Shown here: piece after piece, positions 10,249 to 19,967 of the stretch | Layout: every line of letters begins with the position of its first letter | Numbering within the stretch: position 1 is the first letter of the stretch | DNA from: an uncultured Planctomycetota bacterium | GTDB lineage: Bacteria > Planctomycetota > PLA2 > JAEUHO01 | Direction of reading: 5' to 3' | DNA: 64,000 bases | Assembly (NCBI GenBank): GCA_963752285.1 | Contig: CAVVXN010000005.1 | Span: forward strand, 1,024,001 to 1,088,000 | Translations under genes and position numbers: made by a program | The notes under the pieces: model-generated | Seen by the model: the letters and a program-made list of their open reading frames with translations, nothing else | Told to the model about the DNA's origin: nothing | The model's database searches: none

Positions 10249-11048
10249 ATGGGCTGGCGATGGCGATTCCTGAGACCCCGCCTTCCCGGACCCGTGGTCC
10301 GGGCGATCTACCGTGCGTACGAGCGGGGGCTTCTCGAGGAAATCCGCCGCCTCCCCGTCCCCGGTCACGTCGGCTTCATCATGGACGGGAACCGCCGACA
10401 CGCCCTCGCCCAGGGGCGCCTCCCCTGGGAGGGCCACCGTCTGGGCTCGGACACGGTCGAGGCCCTGGTCGAGTGGGGGCGCGAGATCGGGGTCCGCACG
10501 ATGACCCTCTACGCCTTCTCGACCGAGAACTTCCAGCGTCCGGACGAGGAGGTGAGCACCTTGATGGCGCTCTTCGCGCACCGCCTCGCGGATCTCGCCG
10601 TGGACCCGCGCATCCTCGACCACCACGTGCAGGTCCGGGTCCTCGGGCGCACGGAGATGCTCCCCCCCGAGGTCCTGGAGGCGATCCACACCGTCGAGAC
10701 GGCGACCGAGTCGTTCGACGCATACCGGCTGAACTTCTGCATCGCGTACGGCGGGCGACAGGAGATCCTCGACGCCGTCCACCACATCCTCGAGAAGATC
10801 GAGCGGGGCGAGCTCGACCGGGGCAACGTGGACGAGCACGTGTTCGGCCAGCACCTGTACACGGGCGGCGACGACCCCGACCTGATCATCCGCACGGGGG
10901 GGAGTCGCGGCTCAGCAACTTCCTCCTCTACCAGGCCGCGTACTCCGAGCTCTACTTCACGGACGTCTACTTCCCCTCCTTTCGTCGCATCGACTTCCTT
11001 CGCGTCATCCGGGACTACCAGCGTCGCCGGCGCCGCTACGGCCGCTGA
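10249..11048 (+). CDS. uppS: cis-prenyltransferase (undecaprenyl diphosphate synthase family) with an apparent frameshift in a G7 run at 10896-10902
   Basis: [38 protein letters not shown] in one frame; [19 protein letters not shown]...RRRRYGR in the next frame. One extra G restores [11 protein letters not shown]. Confidence 0.92.
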
Positions 11049-11170
11049 GCCCAGGCCCGACCCGGGGCCTCCGACCCATTGCCGGCGCGCGCGGCGAGGC
11101 GCAGGCTCTCGCCCACGCGAGACGCCGGCCCGCGTGACGAGAGGCCAGGTCGGCGCGGAGGAAGACCCCG

Positions 11171-11566
11171 ATGAACCGTCAGCAGGTGTACGACGAGATC
11201 CAGGCGACCTTGGGCGTGCTGCCCGGCTTCCTGAAGCAGCTCCCCGACACGACCCTGGAGCTCGAGTGGAAGCTCCTCGTCCGCAGCCAGATGGACCCCG
11301 GGCCGATCCCGAACAAGTACCGCGAGCTGATCGGGCTCGGGATCGCCGCCACGACGAAGTGCCGCTACTGCGTCTACTTCCACACGGAAATGGCGAAGCT
11401 GAACGGCGCGAGCGACGCCGAGATCGAGGACGCCATCCACTACGCGAAGTCCTCCGCGGGCTGGAGCGCCTACCTGAACGGGAGCCAGATCGAGTACGAC
11501 GAGTTCACGCGCGAGATCGACCAGGCCGTGGCGTACGTTCGCGAGCAGATGTCGGCGACCGCCTGA
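11171..11566 (+). CDS. Carboxymuconolactone decarboxylase / AhpD-like protein
   Basis: KYRELIGLGIAATTKCRYCVYFH (CxxC...H), GAS..EI; GGAGG upstream. Confidence 0.9.
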   Translation: MNRQQVYDEIQATLGVLPGFLKQLPDTTLELEWKLLVRSQMDPGPIPNKYRELIGLGIAATTKCRYCVYFHTEMAKLNGASDAEIEDAIHYAKSSAGWSAYLNGSQIEYDEFTREIDQAVAYVREQMSATA

Positions 11567-11720
11567 GCCGTTCGGACCCACCGCACGCGCCACGCGCGGC
11601 GGCAGCACGATCTGGTAGCCGGCGATCCACCCGCGGGGGCCGCCGTCCGGAACGACGGAAGCGGTCCTTCGCCCGCGCGAGGCGCCGAATGGGACGCGCC
11701 GGGCGACGGCCCCCGTCGGC

Positions 11721-13340
11721 GTGGCGTCGGGCCTGGGATTTGCCTCCGACCCTGGGATCCGAGGAGGATCCCCCATTCGCCCCCGACGCCTCCTGTTCGG
11801 GACGGTACTGGCACTCCTGCTCGGCTGCGGCGGCCGCGACGCCCCGCGCGGTGGGCGCGCGTACGACCCGGACGGCCGCCTCCTCGTCGAGCGCCCCCGC
11901 CCGGCGCACCTGCCGAACCTCCTCGTCATCGTGCTCGACGCCGTGCGGGCGGACGCCCTGCCGCCCTTGAACGAGACGAGCGAGTCGCCCACGCGCATGC
12001 CGTTCTACGCCTCGCTCGCCGACCGCGGCGTGCGCTTCACGAACGCCTCCTCGGCGGCGAGCTGGACGCTGCCGTCGATGATGAGCCTCCTGACCGGGCT
12101 CCTCCCGAGCGACCACGGCCAGGTGGACCTCGTGGCCGACTGGAGCATGCCGGCCGCCGTCACCACGTTCGCCGAGGTGCTGAGCGCGGGCTACGGATAC
12201 GAGACCGCCGCCTTCGTGAACGGGAACTGGTTCAAGCGCTCGGGGGACAGCCTGCTCCAGGGGTTCGCGACGCGCTCGCCGATGTTCGCGCTCCGGGACG
12301 TGTCGGGACGCGTCCGCCGTTGGAACCGCGACCGCGACAAGGCACGCCCGTTCTTCCTGGTCCTCCACACGTACGAGGCGCACGATCCCTACGGCGAGCG
12401 GAACCACCCCTGGCCGCCGGTGCCCATCGAGCACCGGACGATCGACCCCGCGCTCCTCGCCGAGGGCGCGGATCCCGCGGAGGTCTTCCGGCGCTGCTAC
12501 CTCGACGCGGACACCTCCATGGAGCTCGGCCTCACCTGGGGCCCACGCCTCGGGAGCCTGCTCCAGCGCTACAAGTTCAGGGGCTACGCCGAACATCCGC
12601 GCCCCGACATCGCCGCCGAGCTCGAGGCGGCGTACTGGAACGGTGTCTCGTGGGTGGACGGGCTCCTCGAGCGGGCCTGGACGGAGCTCGAGCACGACGG
12701 GCTCCTCGACGACACGCTGGTGGTGGTGACGGCGGACCACGGCGAGGCGTTCGGCACGCACGGGAACCTTGCGCACGGGCTCTACCTCTACGACGAGCTC
12801 GTCCACGTCCCCTTGGTGATGATCGGTCCGCCCCCGTTCTCGGGCGGGCGGCTCGTCACGGAGGAGGTCGGGCTCGTGGACGTGCTCCCGACGTTCCTCG
12901 ACTGGGCCGGCCTGGCGCCCCTCGAGCCCTCCAATGGTCGTTCCGCCCGTTCGCTCGTCGAAGGGGGGAGCTGGTGCCGTCCCGTGGTCAGCGAGGAGCG
13001 GCTCACGAGCACGAGCACGGGAACGCCGGTGGACGCGTGGCGGATCTCGGCGCGCACGGAGAGGTGGAAGTACATCGCCACGTTCCACCTGGACACCGGA
13101 CACGTGGCCGAGGAGGCCTATGACCTCTGGTTCGACCCGGACGAGAGGGACGACCTCGCCAAGGGAACGGGTCTCCTGCCCTCGGAGCAGGTGTTCGACC
13201 CGTGCCTCTGCGCCGCGATGGAGGCCGTCCGTGGCCGCATCTGGCACACGGTGGCCGGGGACGACGCGGCGCCCCTGCCGGACGTCGCGGCCCCCGGCGG
13301 CGCGGGCCCGCGTCCTACGCCCTGTCGCTCGACCCCCTGA
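11721..13340 (+). CDS. Sulfatase-like alkaline-phosphatase-superfamily lipoprotein (paralog 2)
   Basis: LLLGC lipobox; PNLLVIVLDAVRAD, WTLPSMMSLLTG, HTYEAHDPY, TADHGEAFG; collinear with 5906-7513. Start approximate. Confidence 0.85.
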   Translation: MASGLGFASDPGIRGGSPIRPRRLLFGTVLALLLGCGGRDAPRGGRAYDPDGRLLVERPRPAHLPNLLVIVLDAVRADALPPLNETSESPTRMPFYASLADRGVRFTNASSAASWTLPSMMSLLTGLLPSDHGQVDLVADWSMPAAVTTFAEVLSAGYGYETAAFVNGNWFKRSGDSLLQGFATRSPMFALRDVSGRVRRWNRDRDKARPFFLVLHTYEAHDPYGERNHPWPPVPIEHRTIDPALLAEGADPAEVFRRCYLDADTSMELGLTWGPRLGSLLQRYKFRGYAEHPRPDIAAELEAAYWNGVSWVDGLLERAWTELEHDGLLDDTLVVVTADHGEAFGTHGNLAHGLYLYDELVHVPLVMIGPPPFSGGRLVTEEVGLVDVLPTFLDWAGLAPLEPSNGRSARSLVEGGSWCRPVVSEERLTSTSTGTPVDAWRISARTERWKYIATFHLDTGHVAEEAYDLWFDPDERDDLAKGTGLLPSEQVFDPCLCAAMEAVRGRIWHTVAGDDAAPLPDVAAPGGAGPRPTPCRSTP

Positions 13341-13359
13341 CCCGGCCCGACCAGGGCTT

Positions 13360-14559
13360 CTAGCGCTCGCGTCCCACGGCGCGCTCGAGCTGCTCGAGCT
13401 CGTTTCGGAGCGCCTCGAGCTCTGCGCGGAGGACGCGGAGCTGCTGGCGGACCTCGGTGTCGGACCGCGCGCCCGCCTCGCGCGCCCGCGGTCCGGGGTG
13501 TGCGCCGTCGGCGTGCGCCTCGTGCCCGTCGGCGTCGCGCTCGTGCTCGCGGCTCTCGTGCTCCTCGCCCTGCTCCTCCTGGCCCTCGTGCTCCTCGCCC
13601 TCCTCGGCTTCCGTGGCCTCGTCCGACTCGCCCGCGCTCCGGCGCTCGTAGAACCGCGCGAGGTCCAGGCAGTACGCACGGTGCGCGCCGCCGCTCTCCT
13701 CGTGGAGGAGGCTCCCCGCGACGCGAAGGAGCTGGATCACGCGCTCCATCGAGAGGCCCTCGGCCGCTTGGCCGAGCGCCTCGGCGGACGCGCCGGCGAG
13801 CTGGAGCTCGCCGAGCTTCACGAACCGCCCCATCCACTCCGCCTCGTCCCCGTGGCCGGCCTCGGCCAGCGCCTGCTCCGCGACCTTCAACACCTCGAGG
13901 CGCTTCGCGCGGTCGTCGAGGTAGGTCAGGTCGCCGTGGCCCTCGCGCTCGCGCGCGTGCGCCTCCTCGCCGCCCTCGTTCGCGGGGTGCTGATACCAGT
14001 CGGCCAGCGCGCGTGCGAGCGCCGCGCGGCGCTCGTTCCCCCGCTCGTCCTGCAGCTTGGCGGAGGCGCGCAGCAGCTCGACCACGGCGTTCACCGAGAT
14101 GCCCTGGGCGTCCTCGGGGCGCGCCGTGCCCGCCTGCTGGCGCTCGCCGGCGTTGATCACGCGGGCGAGGTACTTCGCGAAGTCCTCCTTCTTCGCGTCC
14201 CGGAACACGTCCTGGGCCTGCCCCAGGATCTCGAGACGGTGGCGGAGGGCGTCCATGTGCGCGTGCGGGTCGAATCCCGCCGGCGCGGCGTCGCCCCGGC
14301 CCTTCCGCGCCGCGGCGCGGCGCTCGCGCACGTGGTTCGCGATGCGCTGGAGCCGCTCGAGCGCGTCCTGCTCGTGGAGCTCCTTCAGCGCGGTCATGCC
14401 CACCTCGAGCCGGTGGATCAGGCTCGCGTACGCCGGGTCGTCGAGCGGCGGGGACGCGTCGTCCCCGGGACCCGCGAGCGCGGACCCGGCGAGGAGACCG
14501 GCGAGCAGCACCGCGACGCTCGCGCCCGCGACGAGACGAAACCTGTGGATCGACGGCAT
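13360..14559 (-). CDS. Secreted hypothetical helical protein with internal duplication and C-terminal coiled coil
   Basis: Signal-peptide-like N-terminus, GGAGG upstream, repeated RLE(I/V)L units, Glu/His-rich linker. Confidence 0.75.
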   Translation of the reverse strand: MPSIHRFRLVAGASVAVLLAGLLAGSALAGPGDDASPPLDDPAYASLIHRLEVGMTALKELHEQDALERLQRIANHVRERRAAARKGRGDAAPAGFDPHAHMDALRHRLEILGQAQDVFRDAKKEDFAKYLARVINAGERQQAGTARPEDAQGISVNAVVELLRASAKLQDERGNERRAALARALADWYQHPANEGGEEAHAREREGHGDLTYLDDRAKRLEVLKVAEQALAEAGHGDEAEWMGRFVKLGELQLAGASAEALGQAAEGLSMERVIQLLRVAGSLLHEESGGAHRAYCLDLARFYERRSAGESDEATEAEEGEEHEGQEEQGEEHESREHERDADGHEAHADGAHPGPRAREAGARSDTEVRQQLRVLRAELEALRNELEQLERAVGRER

Positions 14560-14635
14560 GGATGTCCTCCCGAGACGGCGAAGGACTACCCATGCTACGA
14601 CGCCGACGTGGAACCCCGTCGGCGGGCCGGATGGC

Positions 14636-15442
14636 TCAGAACCGCCACTCCGCGCCGGTCGGCAGGAGGACGAGCAGGACGAGGAGCACGCCGAGCGAGC
14701 CCCACCGCCAGGCCGGCCGGAACGCGCCGTCGGGTCGGAGGACCTGCCGCGCGAGCCGGGGCTCGATCTCGGACACGAACCCCGGCGGCTGCCCGAGCCG
14801 TTCGACCCGGAGCCAGGCGTCGAAGGCGCCCACCAGCGCGAGGGCCGCGAGCGCGGGGACGAGCCGGCCGAGCGCGGCGCCCGCGAGGAGCACGCCCATC
14901 CGTTCCCCGCGGAGCCAGAGGCCGGTGTCGGCGGCCATGCGCGTCGGACCGGACAGGGCGCGGAGGAGGGGCAGCCACGCGCCGATCACGAGCACCAGCA
15001 TCCCGAGCACGAACCCCACCTGCGAGAGGTGGCTGGCGAGACCGACGACGAGCCCCGCGGTCATCAGGAGGTCCACGAGCGGGTTCAACGCGCGCGCCAG
15101 CCCGGACGCGTCGCGGATCTCCGGACCCGCCGGCGCCAGCGAGACCTCGCCCGCGAGGAGGGCGAGGGCGCCGAGCACGGCGGCGATCCCGGGGTGATCC
15201 AGCACGAAGAGGAACGTCGCGGTGGCCGCGAAGGCGACCGAGAAGGACATCAGCGTGTCGGGACCGACGCCGCGCGCACGGAGCGCGTCGGCGATGCGGT
15301 CCCGCACCGAGGCGGCCGAGTCACAGGGCGCGACGGGCGCGGCTCCGGGGGCCGGCGGGACCGTCCAGACAGGACCGGCGGCGCGGGCCCGCGCGAAGCG
15401 CGGGGTCGTGGCGCGGGGGGCGGAGAGCGGGGGCGTGGACAT
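14636..15442 (-). CDS. Membrane protein, divergent CDP-alcohol phosphatidyltransferase-like
   Basis: 'ADALRARGVGPDTLMSFS' and 'GLARALNPLVD' resemble the family scaffold, but the catalytic DxxDG motif is absent. Confidence 0.5.
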   Translation of the reverse strand: MSTPPLSAPRATTPRFARARAAGPVWTVPPAPGAAPVAPCDSAASVRDRIADALRARGVGPDTLMSFSVAFAATATFLFVLDHPGIAAVLGALALLAGEVSLAPAGPEIRDASGLARALNPLVDLLMTAGLVVGLASHLSQVGFVLGMLVLVIGAWLPLLRALSGPTRMAADTGLWLRGERMGVLLAGAALGRLVPALAALALVGAFDAWLRVERLGQPPGFVSEIEPRLARQVLRPDGAFRPAWRWGSLGVLLVLLVLLPTGAEWRF

Positions 15443-15544
15443 CGCGCGTGCTACCTCCGGGAGGCCTGGAAGGACCCCGGAGGGAGCATAGCGTTCGCCC
15501 GGTTCAGGTTCGGTTCGAACGGGGCGGCGGACCGCGCGGGCGCC

Positions 15545-16582
15545 TCACCTCGGCTTCGCGAGACGCAGGTCCGTTCGATAGAGCAGGTGCGCGTCCGCGC
15601 GCGCCGCGGTCAGGACCTCGCGAACGAGCCCCAGCCCGGGCACCACCAGGCGCTCGATCGACGTCGCGCCGGACGTTCCCGCGAGGACGACGAGCACGGC
15701 CGTACCGGAGCGGGTCCCGTCGGGCGTCTCGACGTCCACCGACCGCCACGCGCGTCCCACCTGTCGAGGGCCGCCGTCGTCGGGCCTCCACGTCCAGTCG
15801 AACGTCGCGCCGGGGAACTGCGGCCAGATCGGCTGCGGCGGGTCGAGGTCCTCGACCTGATCACCCTGCTTCCGCCGCGTCACGAAGAGTCCGTAGTCGG
15901 TCGAAGTCCACCACTCCTCGAGGACGGTGGCCTCGTTTCGCTGGATCAGAACGTGCGCCCCACGCTCGTCGTGGCCGGCCACGACGTATCGCCCGCGCGC
16001 GCGGAGCACGCCGTCCGATCCCGGCTCGACGCCCGGCAGCGAGAGCTTCACGCCCTCTCCCGGCGTCATCGTGAAGTCGTAGCTCCACGCCGTGCCGTCC
16101 GTGAGGGGGAGCCGCGCGTCGGATCCGGACGCGGGCAGGGGTTTCGGCCCGGCGACCACGCGGATCCCGGTCGAGGCCCACGGCGCGCCGTCGAGGAGGG
16201 TGTCGAGACGGTACGCGCCCGCGGGCATGTCCCGCGGCAGCGTGTACGAGACCGTCCCGCGCCGGGCCGTCCCGAGCGTGAGGTCCTTCCGCGCGAGCTC
16301 CGTGTTCGGCGCGGCGGCGTCGCCGACCGAGACCGCCGTCCACACGCTCGTCAGGACCTTGGGGTTCGCGCCTTCGGCGAGGTGGAAGGCCACGCAGATC
16401 GCGCGAAAGCCCGCGGGCACCTCCGTGAGCGGCACGACGGGCGACCCGTCCGCGGCGCCCGCGAGACAGACCACCAGGGGCGGGTCGGTCGTGTGCGGGC
16501 GCCCGGCGGGCGGCTCCGCCTCGACGGGCGGGGCGAGGTGGATCAGCGCGGCCAACACCACGCCGAGGGCCACACCCCGCAT
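15545..16582 (-). CDS. Secreted hypothetical protein (beta-rich, two domains)
   Basis: AAGGAGG RBS, signal-peptide-like N-terminus, 'GAYRLDTLLDG' Ig-like motif, C-terminal 'VPGLGLVRE'. Confidence 0.7.
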   Translation of the reverse strand: MRGVALGVVLAALIHLAPPVEAEPPAGRPHTTDPPLVVCLAGAADGSPVVPLTEVPAGFRAICVAFHLAEGANPKVLTSVWTAVSVGDAAAPNTELARKDLTLGTARRGTVSYTLPRDMPAGAYRLDTLLDGAPWASTGIRVVAGPKPLPASGSDARLPLTDGTAWSYDFTMTPGEGVKLSLPGVEPGSDGVLRARGRYVVAGHDERGAHVLIQRNEATVLEEWWTSTDYGLFVTRRKQGDQVEDLDPPQPIWPQFPGATFDWTWRPDDGGPRQVGRAWRSVDVETPDGTRSGTAVLVVLAGTSGATSIERLVVPGLGLVREVLTAARADAHLLYRTDLRLAKPR

Positions 16583-16609
16583 GGCCGCCTCCTTCCGGGA
16601 CGTCCCGGC

Positions 16610-17701
16610 CTACATGACCCCTGCGACGCGTGCCGGGCGCCGACCCATCTCGCGCAGCCAGCGCAGATGGGAGCGGAGCGCACGATAGCACGAGCGGTTC
16701 ACGCGGTACCGCACACCATGGTCCCGGCACGTCTGGGCCACGATCGTCGCGAGCGCGGGATAGTGGACGTGGCTCACGTGCGGAAACAGGTGGTGCACGG
16801 CCTGGTAGTTGAGGCCGCCGAGGTACCAGGTCGTGACGGGGCTTCCCGGCGCGAAGTCCACCGACGTGTTGAGCTGATGGACGGCCCACTCGGTGGACGA
16901 GCCGGCGGGCGTCGGGACCTCGGGAAAGTCGGCCTCTTCCACACAGTGGGCCAGCTGGAAGACGACCGTGAGGGTGAGACCGGTCGCGACCTGCATCGTG
17001 AGGTGGAACAGGAGACCGATCGCCCAGCCGTGCGCGATCACCGGCAGGACGAAGGACCACGTGAAGACGAAGGCCTTGCCCCCCAGGAAGTACAACCACT
17101 CCCGACCGCGCGGCCGCGGGAGCCTGTGCGCTCCGATCTTTCCGGTCGCGATGTTGTAGAAGTCGTCGAACCAGACCCACTTCACCCCGAAGAGGGCGTA
17201 GAGCAGCCACACGTACACGTGCTGGAACCGGTGGAAGAACAGCCAGCGCTGGCCCGGCGCCAACCGAAGGAGCGCCCCCGCCTCGATGTCCTGGTCGATC
17301 CCGACCAGGTTGGGGTACGTGTGGTGGACCACGTTGTGCTTGAGCCGCCAGATGTGCGAGCTCCCTCCGATGAGGTCGAGCACGCGCGCCAGCATGCGGT
17401 TCACGCCGGGCCGTGACGAGTAGGCGCCGTGGCTCGCGTCGTGCATCACGCAGAACCCGAGGCCCGCGAGGCCGAACGAGGAGACGAGCGCGCAGGCGAC
17501 CGTGACGAGGACTCCTCCCGGGCCGAACATGAAGAACGCCCAGGCCCCCGCCATCACGAGGCCGATCACGATGGACTTCGCCCACAAACGGGGTCCGCCG
17601 AAGGGCGAGCGGCCCGATTCGTCGAAGTACCGCGCCACACGCGCACGCAGGTCTCGATAGAGCGGGGCACCGGCCTGGAACTGAACACGAGCGTCGTGCA
17701 A
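16610..17701 (-). CDS. Membrane fatty acid (acyl-CoA) desaturase
   Basis: His boxes HDASH, HNVVHH, YQAVHHLFP; QLAHCVE. Start TTG at 17701 (GGAG upstream) is tentative. Confidence 0.92.
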   Translation of the reverse strand: MHDARVQFQAGAPLYRDLRARVARYFDESGRSPFGGPRLWAKSIVIGLVMAGAWAFFMFGPGGVLVTVACALVSSFGLAGLGFCVMHDASHGAYSSRPGVNRMLARVLDLIGGSSHIWRLKHNVVHHTYPNLVGIDQDIEAGALLRLAPGQRWLFFHRFQHVYVWLLYALFGVKWVWFDDFYNIATGKIGAHRLPRPRGREWLYFLGGKAFVFTWSFVLPVIAHGWAIGLLFHLTMQVATGLTLTVVFQLAHCVEEADFPEVPTPAGSSTEWAVHQLNTSVDFAPGSPVTTWYLGGLNYQAVHHLFPHVSHVHYPALATIVAQTCRDHGVRYRVNRSCYRALRSHLRWLREMGRRPARVAGVM

Positions 17702-17898
17702 CTCGGTACTCCGGGGACCGTCGCCCGCGGATCCCCCCTCGGGGACCGGACGGCGATGGACCGGGGAAGAGCGTAGCAGCCGGGGAGGAGGTCCCGGGTC
17801 TTTGAAATCGGCGTCGAGGGCCGACCCGATTCCGGACGCGCGTCCCCCACCGGGGCAGCGGCGTGTCGCCGCGCCGGTTCTCGGGCTCCGCCCGGCCC

Positions 17899-18186
17899 CT
17901 ACTTGCGCTTCGTCTTGCGCTTCGGCTTGAGGCCGCGACCGGCGAGCATCTTGCGCACCCGCGCGCGGTGCTGGGCGGGCGTGAGCGACGCCCAGTAGCT
18001 GCGCTGACCCGCGCTCAGGCTCGCGGGAGTTGCCCGGCCCGCGCCGCGTCCCTTGCCCGACTTCGCGGCGCTCGACTTGGCGTTCGCGATCGCCTTCGAG
18101 CTCTCTTCGACGAGGTCGTTCACCGCTTCGAGTAGCTGATGCACCGCGTTCTCGATTCGCTTCGCGTGGTTCTTGCGTCGGGCCAT
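17899..18186 (-). CDS. Small highly basic protein, possible nucleoid-associated/DNA-binding protein
   Basis: 95 aa, Lys/Arg-rich; GGAGAG upstream; amphipathic N-terminal helix. Confidence 0.7.
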   Translation of the reverse strand: MARRKNHAKRIENAVHQLLEAVNDLVEESSKAIANAKSSAAKSGKGRGAGRATPASLSAGQRSYWASLTPAQHRARVRKMLAGRGLKPKRKTKRK

Positions 18187-18369
18187 GGGATCTCTCTCTC
18201 CGAGTAGGTCTGGGGCGGATCCTACCAGCGGTTCGGGTGATGGGGCGCATCAAACGAGGGTCGAGCATCCTCGGAACGTCGAATCACGCTCCGTCAAAGA
18301 GGGTCTCGCGAGGCGAATCAGGGAATCCGATTGCCTCCCGGCAGCCCGGTGAAGGGTATTGTCAGCCAG

Positions 18370-19335
18370 TCAATCCGGGGTCGCCCGGTCCGGCCCGGCC
18401 CGGCGCCCGGAACGACGCGCCCGGTCCCGAAGCCCCTCGGCGACGGCCCGGGCCGGGACCGCGAGCACGACGAGCGCGCCCGCCCCCACGACCACCCCCG
18501 CCACAGCGGCCGTGGCGTACGGCAGGTCGAGCCCGGCGCCGAGCGTCGCCCCGAGGAGAGACCCCACCAGGGCCACCGCCACGGACGTCAGGACCACCAC
18601 GGTGGGACGCGCGGCGACCCGCTCGGCGGCGGCCGGCGGCAAGGTGAGGCAGGCGAAGAGGAAGGGCGCACCGACCCGCGGCGCCGCCAGGGCCACCAGG
18701 CCGCCGAAGAGGACTGCGAACGCCGCCTCCAGGCGCACGACGGGGTAGCCCACGGCCCGCGCGTGGTCGCGGTCGAACGCGATCGCCGCGAGCGGTCGCG
18801 CCAGCGCCACCGTCACGAGCGCGATGGCGGGCATCGTCCCGGCGAGGACGCGCACGTCGCCCCAATCGAGGAACAACAGCGTCTTCCCCTCGGACAGCGC
18901 CCGCATCTCCTCGGTGCCGTGCGGGTCCTGCGAGAGCAGCAGCACGGAGAGGGCGGCGGCGGAGAGGAAACACGCGGCGGCGGCTCGCTCCTGCCCCCGA
19001 CGCGCCGCGCGCCCGATCGGGACGAGAAGCAGCGCGGCGATCGCCGTCGCCAGGATCACCAGCAGCGAACGGTCGTGGAAGACGTCCGGCAGGACCGCGG
19101 TGATCCCCAGCTGCGGGAGGAGCGTGACGTGGCCCAGCGCGAACGCCGTCCCCACGGTGGCCGTCTCCGGCACGGCGAGGCCGGCCCAGATGAGCCGCCG
19201 CCAGCGAAGCACGACACCAACCGCCCCTGCGCAGCCGGCGATGAAGAGACCCCCCGCCATCGCCTGGGGCGCGAGGTCGTAGGCCTGCCGCACGGACTCG
19301 AAGCCCGGAATCCACTCGAGCCACGATCCCATCAT
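18370..19335 (-). CDS. Metal (Zn/Mn) ABC transporter permease
   Basis: Multi-TM; 'AIAFDRDHARAVG', 'LTLPPAAA'; start overlaps the ATPase stop. Confidence 0.85.
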   Translation of the reverse strand: MMGSWLEWIPGFESVRQAYDLAPQAMAGGLFIAGCAGAVGVVLRWRRLIWAGLAVPETATVGTAFALGHVTLLPQLGITAVLPDVFHDRSLLVILATAIAALLLVPIGRAARRGQERAAAACFLSAAALSVLLLSQDPHGTEEMRALSEGKTLLFLDWGDVRVLAGTMPAIALVTVALARPLAAIAFDRDHARAVGYPVVRLEAAFAVLFGGLVALAAPRVGAPFLFACLTLPPAAAERVAARPTVVVLTSVAVALVGSLLGATLGAGLDLPYATAAVAGVVVGAGALVVLAVPARAVAEGLRDRARRSGRRAGPDRATPD

Positions 19336-19967
19336 CCTCCCTCGCCGAGTCGAATCACGCAGTCGGCATCGGCCTCGACGTCGTGCAACCCGTGGCACAC
19401 CCACAGCACACCCACGTTGCGCTCGCGGACCTCGCGCTCGACGATCTGGATCACCTCGCGCTCGCCCGCGACGTCCACGCCCGCCGTGGGCTCGTCGAGT
19501 ACGAGGAGCGAAGGTCTCGTCACCAGCGCGCGTGCCAACAGGACGCGCCGCCGCTCTCCGCCGGACAGCCGGTCGTAGCGCCGTGTGGGCGGTGCGCGAA
19601 AACCGACCTCGTCGAGCGCGGCCCGCACGGCCCGGGCCGCGAAGGTACGCGCGGGCCACGGGATCCCCTGGCTCACGACGCTCACGGCTGGGAAGGGGAT
19701 GCCCGAGTCGCTGGGATCGAGCTGCGGGACGAAGCCCAGGGCGAGGCCCCGGGCCCGCACGACCCGACCCCGGTCCGGACGGAGCAGCCCGAGGAGGATT
19801 CTCAAGAGGGTGCTCTTGCCGGCGCCGTTCGGCCCCGTGAGCGCGACGACGCCCCCCGGGACGATGTCCAGGGAGAGCCCTTGGAACAGGGTGCGCCCCC
19901 CCACCCGCGCCGAGAGGTCCTCGGCACGGAGGAGGGGCGGCTCGGTCGTGTGGCTCCCGGCGGTCAT
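19332..19967 (-). CDS. Metal ABC transporter ATP-binding protein
   Basis: Walker A GPNGAGKST, LSGGE, LLVLDEPT. Confidence 0.93.
   Translation of the reverse strand: MTAGSHTTEPPLLRAEDLSARVGGRTLFQGLSLDIVPGGVVALTGPNGAGKSTLLRILLGLLRPDRGRVVRARGLALGFVPQLDPSDSGIPFPAVSVVSQGIPWPARTFAARAVRAALDEVGFRAPPTRRYDRLSGGERRRVLLARALVTRPSLLVLDEPTAGVDVAGEREVIQIVEREVRERNVGVLWVCHGLHDVEADADCVIRLGEGG

Noticed and set aside
5906..10854. Apparent 1137-aa and 1055-aa fusion ORFs
   Set aside because: Only the C-terminal parts are real genes; internal RBS/start codons and signal peptides define the shorter CDSs.
9958..11970. 670-aa UppS 'fusion'
   Set aside because: Artifact of the G-run frameshift; the true C-terminus is in another frame ending at 11048.
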